The translations under genes were made by a program, and so were the position numbers. A DNA stretch of 24,814 nucleotides from Deinococcaceae bacterium (GTDB lineage Bacteria; Deinococcota; Deinococci; Deinococcales; Trueperaceae): the NCBI GenBank assembly GCA_040256005.1, contig JBDZWC010000027.1, positions 4,175-28,988 of the forward strand, given 5' to 3'. The stretch's first letter is position 1, and each line of letters opens with the position of its first letter. Below the pieces are notes generated by a model that was not told where the DNA came from, did no database searches, and saw only the letters and a list, made by a program, of their open reading frames with translations. Of this stretch, positions 9,719 to 17,540 are shown in pieces.

Positions 9719-10474
9719 TTGAAGGTCACCGTCTTCAACGAGTACCTGCACGAGCTGGAGGACGAGCGCGTCGCGGGTGTCTACCCCCAGGGGATCCACG
9801 CGGCCGTCGCGTCAGCCGTGAAGGAGCACGTGCCCGGCGCCGAGGTACGCAGCGCCACCCTCAGGGAGCCCGAGCACGGCCTCACCCAAGAGGTCGTCGA
9901 CGACACCGACGTCATGCTGTGGTGGGGCCACAAGGCCCACGGCGACGTCTCGGACGCGGTCGCGGAGCGCGTGCAGCAGGCCGTCCTGGCCGGCATGGGC
10001 CTCGTCGTCCTGCACTCCGGGCACCTCTCGAAACCGTTCCTGCGCCTGCTGGGCACCCACGGGTCGCTCAAGTGGCGCGAGGCCGACGAGAAGGAGCGGC
10101 TGTGGAACCTGGCTCCTGCCCATCCCATCCTCGCGGGCGTGCCGGATCACGTCGAGCTGCCGCAGGAGGAGATGTACGGCGAGCGGTTCGATGTCCCCGA
10201 GCCTGAGGAGCTACTGATGATCTCGTGGTTCCAAGGCGGCGAGGTCTTCCGCAGCCTGATGACCTGGCGCCGCGGGCACGGCCGCGTGGTGTACTTCCGT
10301 CCCGGTCACGAGACCTACCCCACCTACCACCACCCCGACGTCAGGCGCATCGTGGCCAACGCCGCCGCCTACGCCGCCCGCACGATCAGGCGCGACGACT
10401 CGAGCTGCCCCAACCCGGCCGCTCTCGAGCCGGTGCCCAACCCAGCGAAAGAGCACGTGCTCAAGCGCTCATGA
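9719..10474 (+). CDS. thuA: ThuA-family (trehalose utilization, class I GATase-like) protein
   Basis: VFNE...YPQGIH, PEHGLT, WWGHKAH, GMGLVVLHSGHLSK, EEMYGERFDVPEP, GGEVFRS, YFRPGHETYPTY. SD GGAGG at 9704-9708. Confidence 0.85.
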   Translation: MKVTVFNEYLHELEDERVAGVYPQGIHAAVASAVKEHVPGAEVRSATLREPEHGLTQEVVDDTDVMLWWGHKAHGDVSDAVAERVQQAVLAGMGLVVLHSGHLSKPFLRLLGTHGSLKWREADEKERLWNLAPAHPILAGVPDHVELPQEEMYGERFDVPEPEELLMISWFQGGEVFRSLMTWRRGHGRVVYFRPGHETYPTYHHPDVRRIVANAAAYAARTIRRDDSSCPNPAALEPVPNPAKEHVLKRS

Positions 10475-11529
10475 TCGCCGAAGGACCTCTGCGCGTCGGG
10501 ATCATCGGCACTGGCAGCATCTCCCAGGCGCACTACGACGGCTTCAAGGCCGCGGGAGCCAACGTCGTCGCCGTCTGCGACGTCAACCCCGTCCAACTGG
10601 CGGCCAGGGCGACGGCCTGGGGCGTGGACAGGACCTACTCCGATTACGGCGAGATGTTCGCCGCTGGGGGCATCGACGCCGTGTCGATCGCGGCGCCCAC
10701 GGCCGTGCACCACCCGGCCACCATGGCCGCGGCCAGGGCCGGCGTCCACGTGCTGGTCGAGAAGCCCATCGCCCTCGACCTGTCGCTCGCCGACGAGATG
10801 ATCGCCGCCTGCGCCGAGGCAGGCGTGAAGCTCGTCGTCAACCACCAGTTGCGGTCCTCCGCCCCGGCCAAGAAGGCGCGCGAGCTCATCGAGGCCGGTG
10901 CGATCGGCCGGGACACCCACCTGCGCCTGCGGCAGGCCCACGACTGGGGCGGCCAGGGCGTGCGCCCGTCCTTCGCCACGAAAGCCAGCTCAGGCGGCGG
11001 CACCCTGCTCGACAACGGCTGTCACCTCGCGGACCTGGCGCGGTTCTTCGGTGGCAGGGTGCGCGAGGTCTACGCCCGCGTTGCCACGCTCGCCTACGAG
11101 ATCGAGGTCGAGGACACCGCCAACGTCTCGCTCGCGTTCGCCGACGGCGCCATCGGGACGATCGAGACCGCCTGGACCGCGACGGGGTGGGAGGAAGGCT
11201 TCTGGATCTACGGCACGGAAGGGGCCCTCGAGTCCACGAACCGCTTCGGTCCCCCCTGGCTGCGGCACTACTACCGCGGCACGCCGGGCGGCACCTGGGA
11301 CGTCACCGACCTGGCCACCTACAGCTTCGGCGGCTACAAGCCCCACACGGCACACGTGATCGCGTTCGTCGCCGCGGTCCGGGGCGAGGGTCCCGTCGTG
11401 TGCTCGGGCGAGGACGGCCGCGAGGCCGTGCGCCTCATCCTGGCCGCGTACGCCAGCGCGGCCGAGGGCAACGTCGTGCGCCTCAGGGACGCACCAGACA
11501 CCTTCGAGGAAGCCTTGGCGACACCGTGA
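10471..11529 (+). CDS. Gfo/Idh/MocA-family NAD(P)-dependent oxidoreductase (ThuB-like)
   Basis: VGIIGTGSIS Rossmann motif, HVLVEKPIA, GGGTLLDNGCHLAD, VEDTA. Start ATG 10471 overlaps the thuA stop (ATGA). Confidence 0.88.
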   Translation: MIAEGPLRVGIIGTGSISQAHYDGFKAAGANVVAVCDVNPVQLAARATAWGVDRTYSDYGEMFAAGGIDAVSIAAPTAVHHPATMAAARAGVHVLVEKPIALDLSLADEMIAACAEAGVKLVVNHQLRSSAPAKKARELIEAGAIGRDTHLRLRQAHDWGGQGVRPSFATKASSGGGTLLDNGCHLADLARFFGGRVREVYARVATLAYEIEVEDTANVSLAFADGAIGTIETAWTATGWEEGFWIYGTEGALESTNRFGPPWLRHYYRGTPGGTWDVTDLATYSFGGYKPHTAHVIAFVAAVRGEGPVVCSGEDGREAVRLILAAYASAAEGNVVRLRDAPDTFEEALATP

Positions 11530-11909
11530 CGTTCGAGGAGTTCGAGCACCTCATCGCCGAGATGGTCGACGAGGTCCCCGCCGAGTTCATGCGCGGTCTC
11601 CAGGGCGTTCACGTGCTGCCGGAGGCCCGCCGCGAGGAGGGCTACGACGAGGACGTCTTCCGCATGGGCGAGTACATGGACCCCGGACCCGAGGATTTCC
11701 TCGGCTCGGGCGACGGCATCGGCAGGCACGTCGCCATCTACTACGGCTCGTTCCGGGCGATCGCCAGCCAGGACCCCGAGTTCGACTGGGAAGACGAGGC
11801 CTGGGAGACGCTCACCCACGAGCTCAAGCATCACGTCGAGTCGTTGGCCGGGGAGGACTTCTTGGTCCAGGAGGACGACGAGTTCAGCCGGCAGCTCAAG
11901 GGCGGCTAG
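11526..11909 (+). CDS. Minimal zincin-like metallopeptidase family protein
   Basis: MTFEEFEHLIAEMVDEVP...IYYGSF...ETLTHELKHHVE contains HExxH. GTG 11526 overlaps the upstream stop (GTGA). Confidence 0.75.
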   Translation: MTFEEFEHLIAEMVDEVPAEFMRGLQGVHVLPEARREEGYDEDVFRMGEYMDPGPEDFLGSGDGIGRHVAIYYGSFRAIASQDPEFDWEDEAWETLTHELKHHVESLAGEDFLVQEDDEFSRQLKGG

Positions 11910-12793
11910 GCGGTACTCGCCACCCTGACCCACAGGTCCGGGAACCGCCCCGCGATCTCGCGGGACACCTGCTCCGCGGCCGCCAGGTCGTCCGCGACCC
12001 CGAAGCAGGTGGGGCCGCTCCCTGACATGAGCACCCCGCGCAGGCCGGCACCTCTCATCGCCTCAAGGAGGGCCCTCAGCTCCGGGTGCGCACGCGCTAC
12101 TCCTGCCTGCAGGCCGTTGCGCCACCGCGGCTCCTCGCCTGAGGCCAGCGCCGCCAGGGCGGCCTCGTGCTTGAGGCGCGGGGTGAACCCGACCAAGGCA
12201 GCGTAGGCGTCCGCCGCCGAGACGGTGGTCTCCGGCTTGGCCAGCACGAGCGCCAGGCGCGGCACCTGTGCCTGACTGAGGCGCTCGCCTCGACCGCGCG
12301 CGAGGGCAGCCGCGGCGCCCGAGACGAAGAACGGCACATCGGACCCCAGGCGCGCCGCGATCTGCTCGAGCTCGAGCCCGCCTTCCAGGTGCGCCTCCAT
12401 GGCCCGCAGCACCGCGGCTGCGTCCGACGAGCCGCCGCCCAGGCCGGCCGCGACCGGCACCCTCTTCACGAGGCCGATACCTACGCCCGGCGCAGCGGCG
12501 CCGGTCTTACCCTCGAACTCACGCTGGTAGGCGGCCGCCGCCCTCACGGCGAGGTTCCCGTCACCGGTGGGGACGGCGGCCAGCGCCGCCGCGTGCCAGG
12601 CGGGGTCCCCGGCGGCCGCCTCCGGCTGCACCTCCAGCGTCACCTCACCGGGCCGGTCCTCCAGCAACCTCACCGTGACCTCGTCAGCCAGGTCGAGCCG
12701 AGCCATGAGGGTCTCGACCTCGTGGAAGCCGTCACCGCGCCTGGCGAGCACCGCCAGGCCCAGGTTCACCTTCGCCGGCGCAGCGACCCTCAA
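11906..12793 (-). CDS. ispE: 4-diphosphocytidyl-2-C-methyl-D-erythritol kinase
   Basis: APAKVNLGL, DGFHEVET, GHMP motif PVAAGLGGGSSDAA, LGSDVPFF, MSGSGPT. Likely TTG start at 12793 overlapping the ispD stop. Confidence 0.93.
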   Translation of the reverse strand: MRVAAPAKVNLGLAVLARRGDGFHEVETLMARLDLADEVTVRLLEDRPGEVTLEVQPEAAAGDPAWHAAALAAVPTGDGNLAVRAAAAYQREFEGKTGAAAPGVGIGLVKRVPVAAGLGGGSSDAAAVLRAMEAHLEGGLELEQIAARLGSDVPFFVSGAAAALARGRGERLSQAQVPRLALVLAKPETTVSAADAYAALVGFTPRLKHEAALAALASGEEPRWRNGLQAGVARAHPELRALLEAMRGAGLRGVLMSGSGPTCFGVADDLAAAEQVSREIAGRFPDLWVRVASTA

Positions 12794-13443
12794 CGCGTTG
12801 CCGCCTGTAGGCGTGTGGCCAGCGCCTCTGCCAACTCCAGGTCTTCCGGGCGCGTCACCTTGATGAGCCACGGGCTGCCCTCGACCAGCTCGACGTGCCT
12901 GCCCAGGCGCCGCACCAGGCCGGCGTCGTCGGTGGCCTCGTGGCCGCCGGAGCGTGCCGCGTCGTGCGCGGCCAGCAACAGCTCTCGGGCGAAGGCTTGC
13001 GGCGTCTGTACGGCCCGCAGCGTAGACCTGTCCAGCTCGCCGCCCTCCGCCGTCACGACCGTGTCCGCTATGCCTACCGCGGCCGTCGCGGCGCCGTGCC
13101 GCACCGCCGCCGCGAGCACACGCGTGACGACCTCTTCAGGCAGGAACGGGCGCGCGACGTCGTGAACCAGAACATGCTCGGCGGTCGTCGCGGTCAACAT
13201 GGCCGACACCGAGTCCTGCCGGGTAGCGCCGCCCGCCACGTAGGTGACGCCACCGCGACCGGGCCAACGGCCCACCGCGCTCGCCGGCACGGCGACGACC
13301 ACCTCGTCTACGAGCGGCGCCAGCGCCTCCAGGGCGATGTCCAGCAGGGTCTTGCCGCCCACGGTGACGAGCGCCTTGGGCCCCATCCCCAGCCGGTCGC
13401 CCGTGCCGGCGGCCGCGATCAGGGCCGCGACGCGACCGCTCAC
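12790..13443 (-). CDS. ispD: 2-C-methyl-D-erythritol 4-phosphate cytidylyltransferase
   Basis: AAGTGDRLG..PKA, GGATRQDSV, VHDVARP, VQTPQAF, TDDA, KVTRPEDL. Likely GTG start at 13443 (GTGA overlap with ubiX). Confidence 0.92.
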   Translation of the reverse strand: MSGRVAALIAAAGTGDRLGMGPKALVTVGGKTLLDIALEALAPLVDEVVVAVPASAVGRWPGRGGVTYVAGGATRQDSVSAMLTATTAEHVLVHDVARPFLPEEVVTRVLAAAVRHGAATAAVGIADTVVTAEGGELDRSTLRAVQTPQAFARELLLAAHDAARSGGHEATDDAGLVRRLGRHVELVEGSPWLIKVTRPEDLELAEALATRLQAATR

Positions 13444-14036
13444 GGCTCGCCCCACCGCCGCACGCGCTCGTTGTCGATCCCGAGGTGGTCGAGTAGCCGC
13501 GCCGTCACGCTCCCGACCAGGTCGTCGATCGTCTCAGGCCGGTGGTAGAAGCCGGGAGAAGCAGGCACGATCACGGCGCCGGCGTCGGCGGCGGCCAGCA
13601 TGTTCGCGATCATCGGGCGCGAGTACGGGGCTTCCCTGACGACCAGCAGGAGCGGGCGCCGCTCCTTCAACGCCACGTGGGCGGCACGCGAAGTGAGGTT
13701 GTCGGTCAGGCCGTTCGCCACCTTGGCCAGGGTGCCGGCGCTGCACGGCACGATGACCATCGCTCCGAAGCGGTGGCTCCCCGACGCGATGGGCGCCCCG
13801 CTGTCGCTGTCCTTGTGCACCTCGCCGGCCAACGACGTGAGGCTCTCGAGGCCGCCGTCCAGTTCGGTGGGGACGACCCGCTTCGCGCCGGCCGTGACGA
13901 CCAGGTGCGTGTGGACGCCGGCAGCTCTGAGCGACCCGAGGAGGTCCAGGGCGTACACGAGGCCGCTCGCGCCGGTGACGGCGACGACGACCTCGCGGCG
14001 CTCACCGGTCCCTACGTCGGGTACCCTTTCCGTCAC
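13440..14036 (-). CDS. ubiX: UbiX-family flavin prenyltransferase
   Basis: VTGASG, IASGS, PCSAGTLAKVANG, ALKERRPL, PASPGFYHRP. Confidence 0.92.
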   Translation of the reverse strand: MTERVPDVGTGERREVVVAVTGASGLVYALDLLGSLRAAGVHTHLVVTAGAKRVVPTELDGGLESLTSLAGEVHKDSDSGAPIASGSHRFGAMVIVPCSAGTLAKVANGLTDNLTSRAAHVALKERRPLLLVVREAPYSRPMIANMLAAADAGAVIVPASPGFYHRPETIDDLVGSVTARLLDHLGIDNERVRRWGEP

Positions 14037-14042
14037 GCGGCA

Positions 14043-14072
14043 AGGTTACCGCGAGCGTGGTGGACGTATACT
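14043..14072. promoter_or_regulatory. Divergent -10 boxes for ubiX (TAACCT, - strand) and the pspC-like gene (TATACT, + strand)
   Basis: AGGTTA at 14043-14048 is 6 nt from the ubiX GTG. TATACT at 14067-14072 is 9 nt before ATG 14082. Neither gene has an SD. Confidence 0.6.
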
Positions 14073-14081
14073 CGCCGCGCG

Positions 14082-14351
14082 ATGGCGCTTGTCGACGAGA
14101 ACCTCGACGCATCGAACGCAGCGCGGCTGCGCCCCGGGCCCGACGGTCACTTCGTCCCCATCGGCCCGCGCCTGACGCGGGCGCGACACGGCGGCGTGGT
14201 GACGGGTCTCTGCGCCGGGATCGCGAACCTGATCGGCGCCAGGGTCTCTACGGTGCGGGCGGTGTTCGTCGCCGGCGGAGTGGTGACCTTGGGCACGCTC
14301 GCGCTCGCCTACCTCGGGCTCAGCGCCATGGTGCCGGCTTCCTCTGACTGA
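14082..14351 (+). CDS. PspC-domain small membrane protein
   Basis: RLTRARHGGVVTGLCAGIANLIG..VSTVRAVFV...LAYLGLSAMVP matches the PspC pattern (RLxRsxxxxxIxGVCxGLA). 89 aa from ATG 14082. Confidence 0.75.
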   Translation: MALVDENLDASNAARLRPGPDGHFVPIGPRLTRARHGGVVTGLCAGIANLIGARVSTVRAVFVAGGVVTLGTLALAYLGLSAMVPASSD

Positions 14352-14395
14352 CCCTCACGTCACCAGGCTTCCGACTGACCCTCACATCACCAGGC
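14346..14395. repeat. Tandem direct repeat, 23 nt x2 (1 mismatch, 27-nt period), at a convergent gene junction
   Basis: GACTGACCCTCACGTCACCAGGC (14346-14368) and GACTGACCCTCACATCACCAGGC (14373-14395). Confidence 0.9.
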
Positions 14396-16031
14396 GGATG
14401 GGTGCGTCGAGCAGCTCGGCGACCCGGCCGAGGAGCCGAGCCCCCTGTTCGGCCGGCAGGTCTCCGGTCAGCGTGAGCGTGCTGCGGTACCCGCCCCGCT
14501 GGTTGTCGTAGAGCATGCGGCCGAGGCTCACCACCGGAAGGTCGACGTCCAGGACGACCTCGTCGAGGTCCAGGCTGCTCAGGTCGGCCACGACGAGCCC
14601 CGCTTCGTCCTCTTCCTGGCCGGGGCCGCTCAGCGCGCCGACGAGCTCGGCGAACGGTCGACCGGCCGCGTCATCGACCCGGCGCAGCGTGAGCCCGCCG
14701 TCGAAGGTGGCCAGCGCGACCTGGCCGCGGCCCACGCCCTGGTCGCGGGCCGCCTTGGCGACCGCCCGCAGCACGAACGGCCCTGCGCCCAGCGGCTCGT
14801 CGTGGCCCAGCTCCTGGGAGACCGAGAGCTGTGCTCCCGCCAACGCCGTCACGTCCACGTGCCGACGCAGCACCGTGCCGGTGCGGGCCAGCGGGATACC
14901 CGCCAAGCTCGCCGCCTCGCCCGTGGGCTCGGAGAGCTCGGCGTCGGCAGCCGTGGCCTGACTCCAGGTCGGCTCTGCCTCCGGCTGGTCCCAGCCTGAG
15001 GAAGACGCCACCGCCTGTCCTCCGGCGACCTCCTCGGCCGTTCCCGTGGCGACGTCCGCTCGCTCGTGTTCCGCCGCGGAAACGTCCGCCGGCTCTCCTT
15101 CTGTCTCGCCTGAAGCCCACGGGTCCGCTGCCGTCGTCGCGGCTTCCGTGTCGTCCATGCCCGCGGCCCAGACGTCTGGCTCTGCGGTCCCTCGATCCAC
15201 TTGCTCGGCGGTCCCTCGATCCGCGCTCGCGCCGTGCGACCAAGGGTCCTGTGTGTCTGCCTCTTCTGCCCCATCCTGGTCCCTGACCCATGGGTCGTCA
15301 TCCACGCTCGCCGTGACGGAGTCGGCGAAGAGGTCCGTCGCGGCTTCCGAGGACCCCTGAGGCTCGCCCCAGATATCCGGAGCGTCGTCCTGCGCAGCGT
15401 GCTCGTGGCCGCCCAAGGAGATGCCCTCGCCCCACTGCGCACCGGTGAACTCCTCGGTATCGCCGGTGGCGGAACGGCTGAAAGCGTCCTCGTCGGCCTG
15501 TCCCACCGAAGCGCCGAAGGCGTCCAGCGCCTGGATGTCGTCCTCGTCGCCCAGCAGCCCGGCATCGTCACCGGACACCAGCAGGTCCTCGAGCTCGTCG
15601 CCACCCACGGCTCCCGCGGGCTCACCGGCCGGCTCGTCCTCCAGCGGCTGCGCCGCGGCGACCGGCTCGTCGTCGAACAGGAACACGTCCTCATCGACAG
15701 CGGCGGTCGAGGGGGTAACCGTGACCTCTTCCGACGGGGCGGGGTCGTCCCTCACCGCGCTGCCGATCTCCTGCCTCAGCTCTCCCAAGGTGGTGGCCTG
15801 ACCGGCCTGGCGCAACGCGGGGTCCTGGTCGGGCCAGGCCTCCATGCCATCGGGCAGAGGCTCGGGCGTGGGGTCCAAGGCCTCTTCGCCCGCCATCACA
15901 CGCGCCAGGTAGTCGAGGACGTCGCGTTCGACGATCCTGCCGCCCTCGCCCGTGCCATCCAGGCCCCGCCAGTCGACGTTGTTCTGCTCGGCCAGCCGTC
16001 GCGCCAGCGCGGTGATGTCGGGCTCGCTCAC
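14382..16031 (-). CDS. E3-binding-domain protein: N-terminal peripheral subunit-binding domain, long acidic low-complexity linker, degenerate 2-oxoacid dehydrogenase E2 core domain
   Basis: ITALARRLAEQNNVDWRGLDGTGEGGRIVERDV (PSBD). C-terminal VDVTAL..PFVLRAVAKA..GARLLGRVAELLDAPIRL resembles the E2 core but lacks DHRxxDG. SD AGGAGG at 16039-16044. Confidence 0.8.
   Translation of the reverse strand: MSEPDITALARRLAEQNNVDWRGLDGTGEGGRIVERDVLDYLARVMAGEEALDPTPEPLPDGMEAWPDQDPALRQAGQATTLGELRQEIGSAVRDDPAPSEEVTVTPSTAAVDEDVFLFDDEPVAAAQPLEDEPAGEPAGAVGGDELEDLLVSGDDAGLLGDEDDIQALDAFGASVGQADEDAFSRSATGDTEEFTGAQWGEGISLGGHEHAAQDDAPDIWGEPQGSSEAATDLFADSVTASVDDDPWVRDQDGAEEADTQDPWSHGASADRGTAEQVDRGTAEPDVWAAGMDDTEAATTAADPWASGETEGEPADVSAAEHERADVATGTAEEVAGGQAVASSSGWDQPEAEPTWSQATAADAELSEPTGEAASLAGIPLARTGTVLRRHVDVTALAGAQLSVSQELGHDEPLGAGPFVLRAVAKAARDQGVGRGQVALATFDGGLTLRRVDDAAGRPFAELVGALSGPGQEEDEAGLVVADLSSLDLDEVVLDVDLPVVSLGRMLYDNQRGGYRSTLTLTGDLPAEQGARLLGRVAELLDAPIRLVM
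15184..15222. repeat. In-frame intragenic duplication (15-nt identity, 24-nt period) encoding DRGTAE twice
   Basis: GCGGTCCCTCGATCC at 15184-15198 and 15208-15222. Confidence 0.85.
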
Positions 16032-16087
16032 TTGGGCTCCTCCTGGCGGGCTCCTCGTGCCCGCGCCTTCGGTTCGTTACGGCAAAG

Positions 16088-16093
16088 AGTATA
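16088..16093 (-). promoter_or_regulatory. -10 box (TATACT) upstream of the E3-binding protein gene
   Basis: AGTATA on the + strand at 16088-16093, about 55 nt upstream of the GTG start. Weak -35. Confidence 0.5.
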
Positions 16094-16239
16094 CAAGGCC
16101 GATACTCGGTGTCCGGGAGGGCCGGCGTAAGCGACAAATCCCACTCGCCTCACCGCGTGCTTCAGCCGCTCGTTGAGACGCGGTCCATGCCCGGGCCCGC
16201 TGCCCACGACACGATGAGCGGAGGTAACCGAAGGACCTC

Positions 16240-17535
16240 TCAGGGCCGCCAGGCCTGGAAGAAGACGCCGTCGATGTAGGTCTGCAGTAGCGCGTCGGAA
16301 CCGTACACGGGCACCGACGTCGAGGCGACCTCACCGGGATCCATCGTCTGGTCGAAGACCGTGCGTTCGCCGCGCTCGTCGCTGACGATCAGCTGCAGCC
16401 GGTACGGCTCCTCCAGCAGGCGCCTGACGCCCATGAAGGTGGGGTCGAAGGTGAACGGGATCGTGCGACTGCCGTCGCCGGCAACGATCGAAGGTCCGCC
16501 GCCGCCCGCCGAGTCGTCGCCCCCCGCCCGGCCCGGTGTCAGGTCGTCCGCCCCGTTCCCGGGTCCCGGCAGTCCCAGGTCGGGGAACACCAGTGGCGCC
16601 GAGGGCTCGCCGTTGATCGTCAGCAGCACCGGGGTGCCGGGAAGCGTGTAGCCCGTGGGCTGCACGTCGATGACGCCAGCCGGCCTGGCCGGGTCGTCGA
16701 CGAACGTGATCGGCCCCATCTGGAGCTGGGCGGCGCGCAGGGCCAGCTGGGCCCGCCACTGCGGCATGCCCATGACGTCGGGTACCTGCACGACGTTGCG
16801 CGACGACAGCGCGTAGTTGACGACCACCGGCGTGCTCAGGACGACCTCGGTGCCCGCCGGTGGCCAGACGGACACCACGTCACCGGCCTGGGTGAACGAG
16901 ACGGTGCTCGGCACGGTCTCGACGCGTCCGAACCCCAGCTCCTCGAGACGCCTCACCGCCTCTTCCAGCGGCATCCCGGCCAGTTCCGGTACCGCGACCT
17001 TGGGTAGCTGGCGACCGCTGCTAACGGTGATCTGCAGCTCCTCCCCGGAGGCGAGCTGAGCGCCGCCTGCCGGTGACTGACCGATGACGGTGCCGATGGG
17101 CCGGTCGTTCGGCTCGTAGACCGTCGTGGCCAGCGGGAGGTTGAGGTCCCTGACCAGCTGCTTGGCGTCAGACTCCCTCATGCCGGTGAGGTCCGGCACC
17201 CTCTCGGCGGCACCCGTCGTGTTGACGCCGAGGTGGATCGTGCGACCGCGCTTGACGCTCGCGCCAGCGGGAGGCGCCTGGCTGGTGACCGCATCCGGCT
17301 CCGCGCCGGCGACGTGCTCGACGAAGGTGACGGGCTCGAGGCCCATACGTCGCAGCACCTGGGCCGCCTCGTCGTGCCGCATGCCCACCACCTCGGGTAG
17401 ACGCACCTCGGCGACGGTGAAGTAGTCCCTGACGCTGAGAGCTGTGTAGACGATGGCGCCCACGAGGATCGCCCCGGCCACCGCCAGCCAGGTGAGCCCC
17501 GTCCTGCGCGCGTTGCGAGCGTCCGTAACAGACAC
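16240..17535 (-). CDS. Membrane-anchored protein with four PASTA domains, no kinase or PBP domain
   Basis: Single TM (LTWLAVAGAILVGAIVYTALSV). Repeats begin LPEVVGM, VPDLTGM, VPELAGM and VPDVMGM. Gly/Pro linker and a beta-rich C-terminal domain follow. Confidence 0.88.
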   Translation of the reverse strand: MSVTDARNARRTGLTWLAVAGAILVGAIVYTALSVRDYFTVAEVRLPEVVGMRHDEAAQVLRRMGLEPVTFVEHVAGAEPDAVTSQAPPAGASVKRGRTIHLGVNTTGAAERVPDLTGMRESDAKQLVRDLNLPLATTVYEPNDRPIGTVIGQSPAGGAQLASGEELQITVSSGRQLPKVAVPELAGMPLEEAVRRLEELGFGRVETVPSTVSFTQAGDVVSVWPPAGTEVVLSTPVVVNYALSSRNVVQVPDVMGMPQWRAQLALRAAQLQMGPITFVDDPARPAGVIDVQPTGYTLPGTPVLLTINGEPSAPLVFPDLGLPGPGNGADDLTPGRAGGDDSAGGGGPSIVAGDGSRTIPFTFDPTFMGVRRLLEEPYRLQLIVSDERGERTVFDQTMDPGEVASTSVPVYGSDALLQTYIDGVFFQAWRP

Positions 17536-17540
17536 GGCCA

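Noticed and set aside
9691..9720. TTGACG at the ilvD stop as a thuA promoter
   Set aside because: No properly spaced -10 hexamer.
11906..11909. Shared CTAG stop overlap of zincin and ispE (and the 17-nt overlap at 18179-18195)
   Set aside because: Common for convergent genes in compact genomes, with no further signal.
14346..14395. 23-nt direct repeat as a CRISPR array
   Set aside because: Only two copies 4 nt apart, overlapping coding ends, and no cas genes.
16080..16234. c-di-GMP-I riboswitch or 6S RNA (GGCAAA ... AGCGGAGGTAACCGAAGG)
   Set aside because: Lacks the GNRA-capped P2 and GACGCAAA core, the orientation is wrong for the adjacent genes, and no continuous 6S-like rod is evident. 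Kept only as an unclassified structured region.
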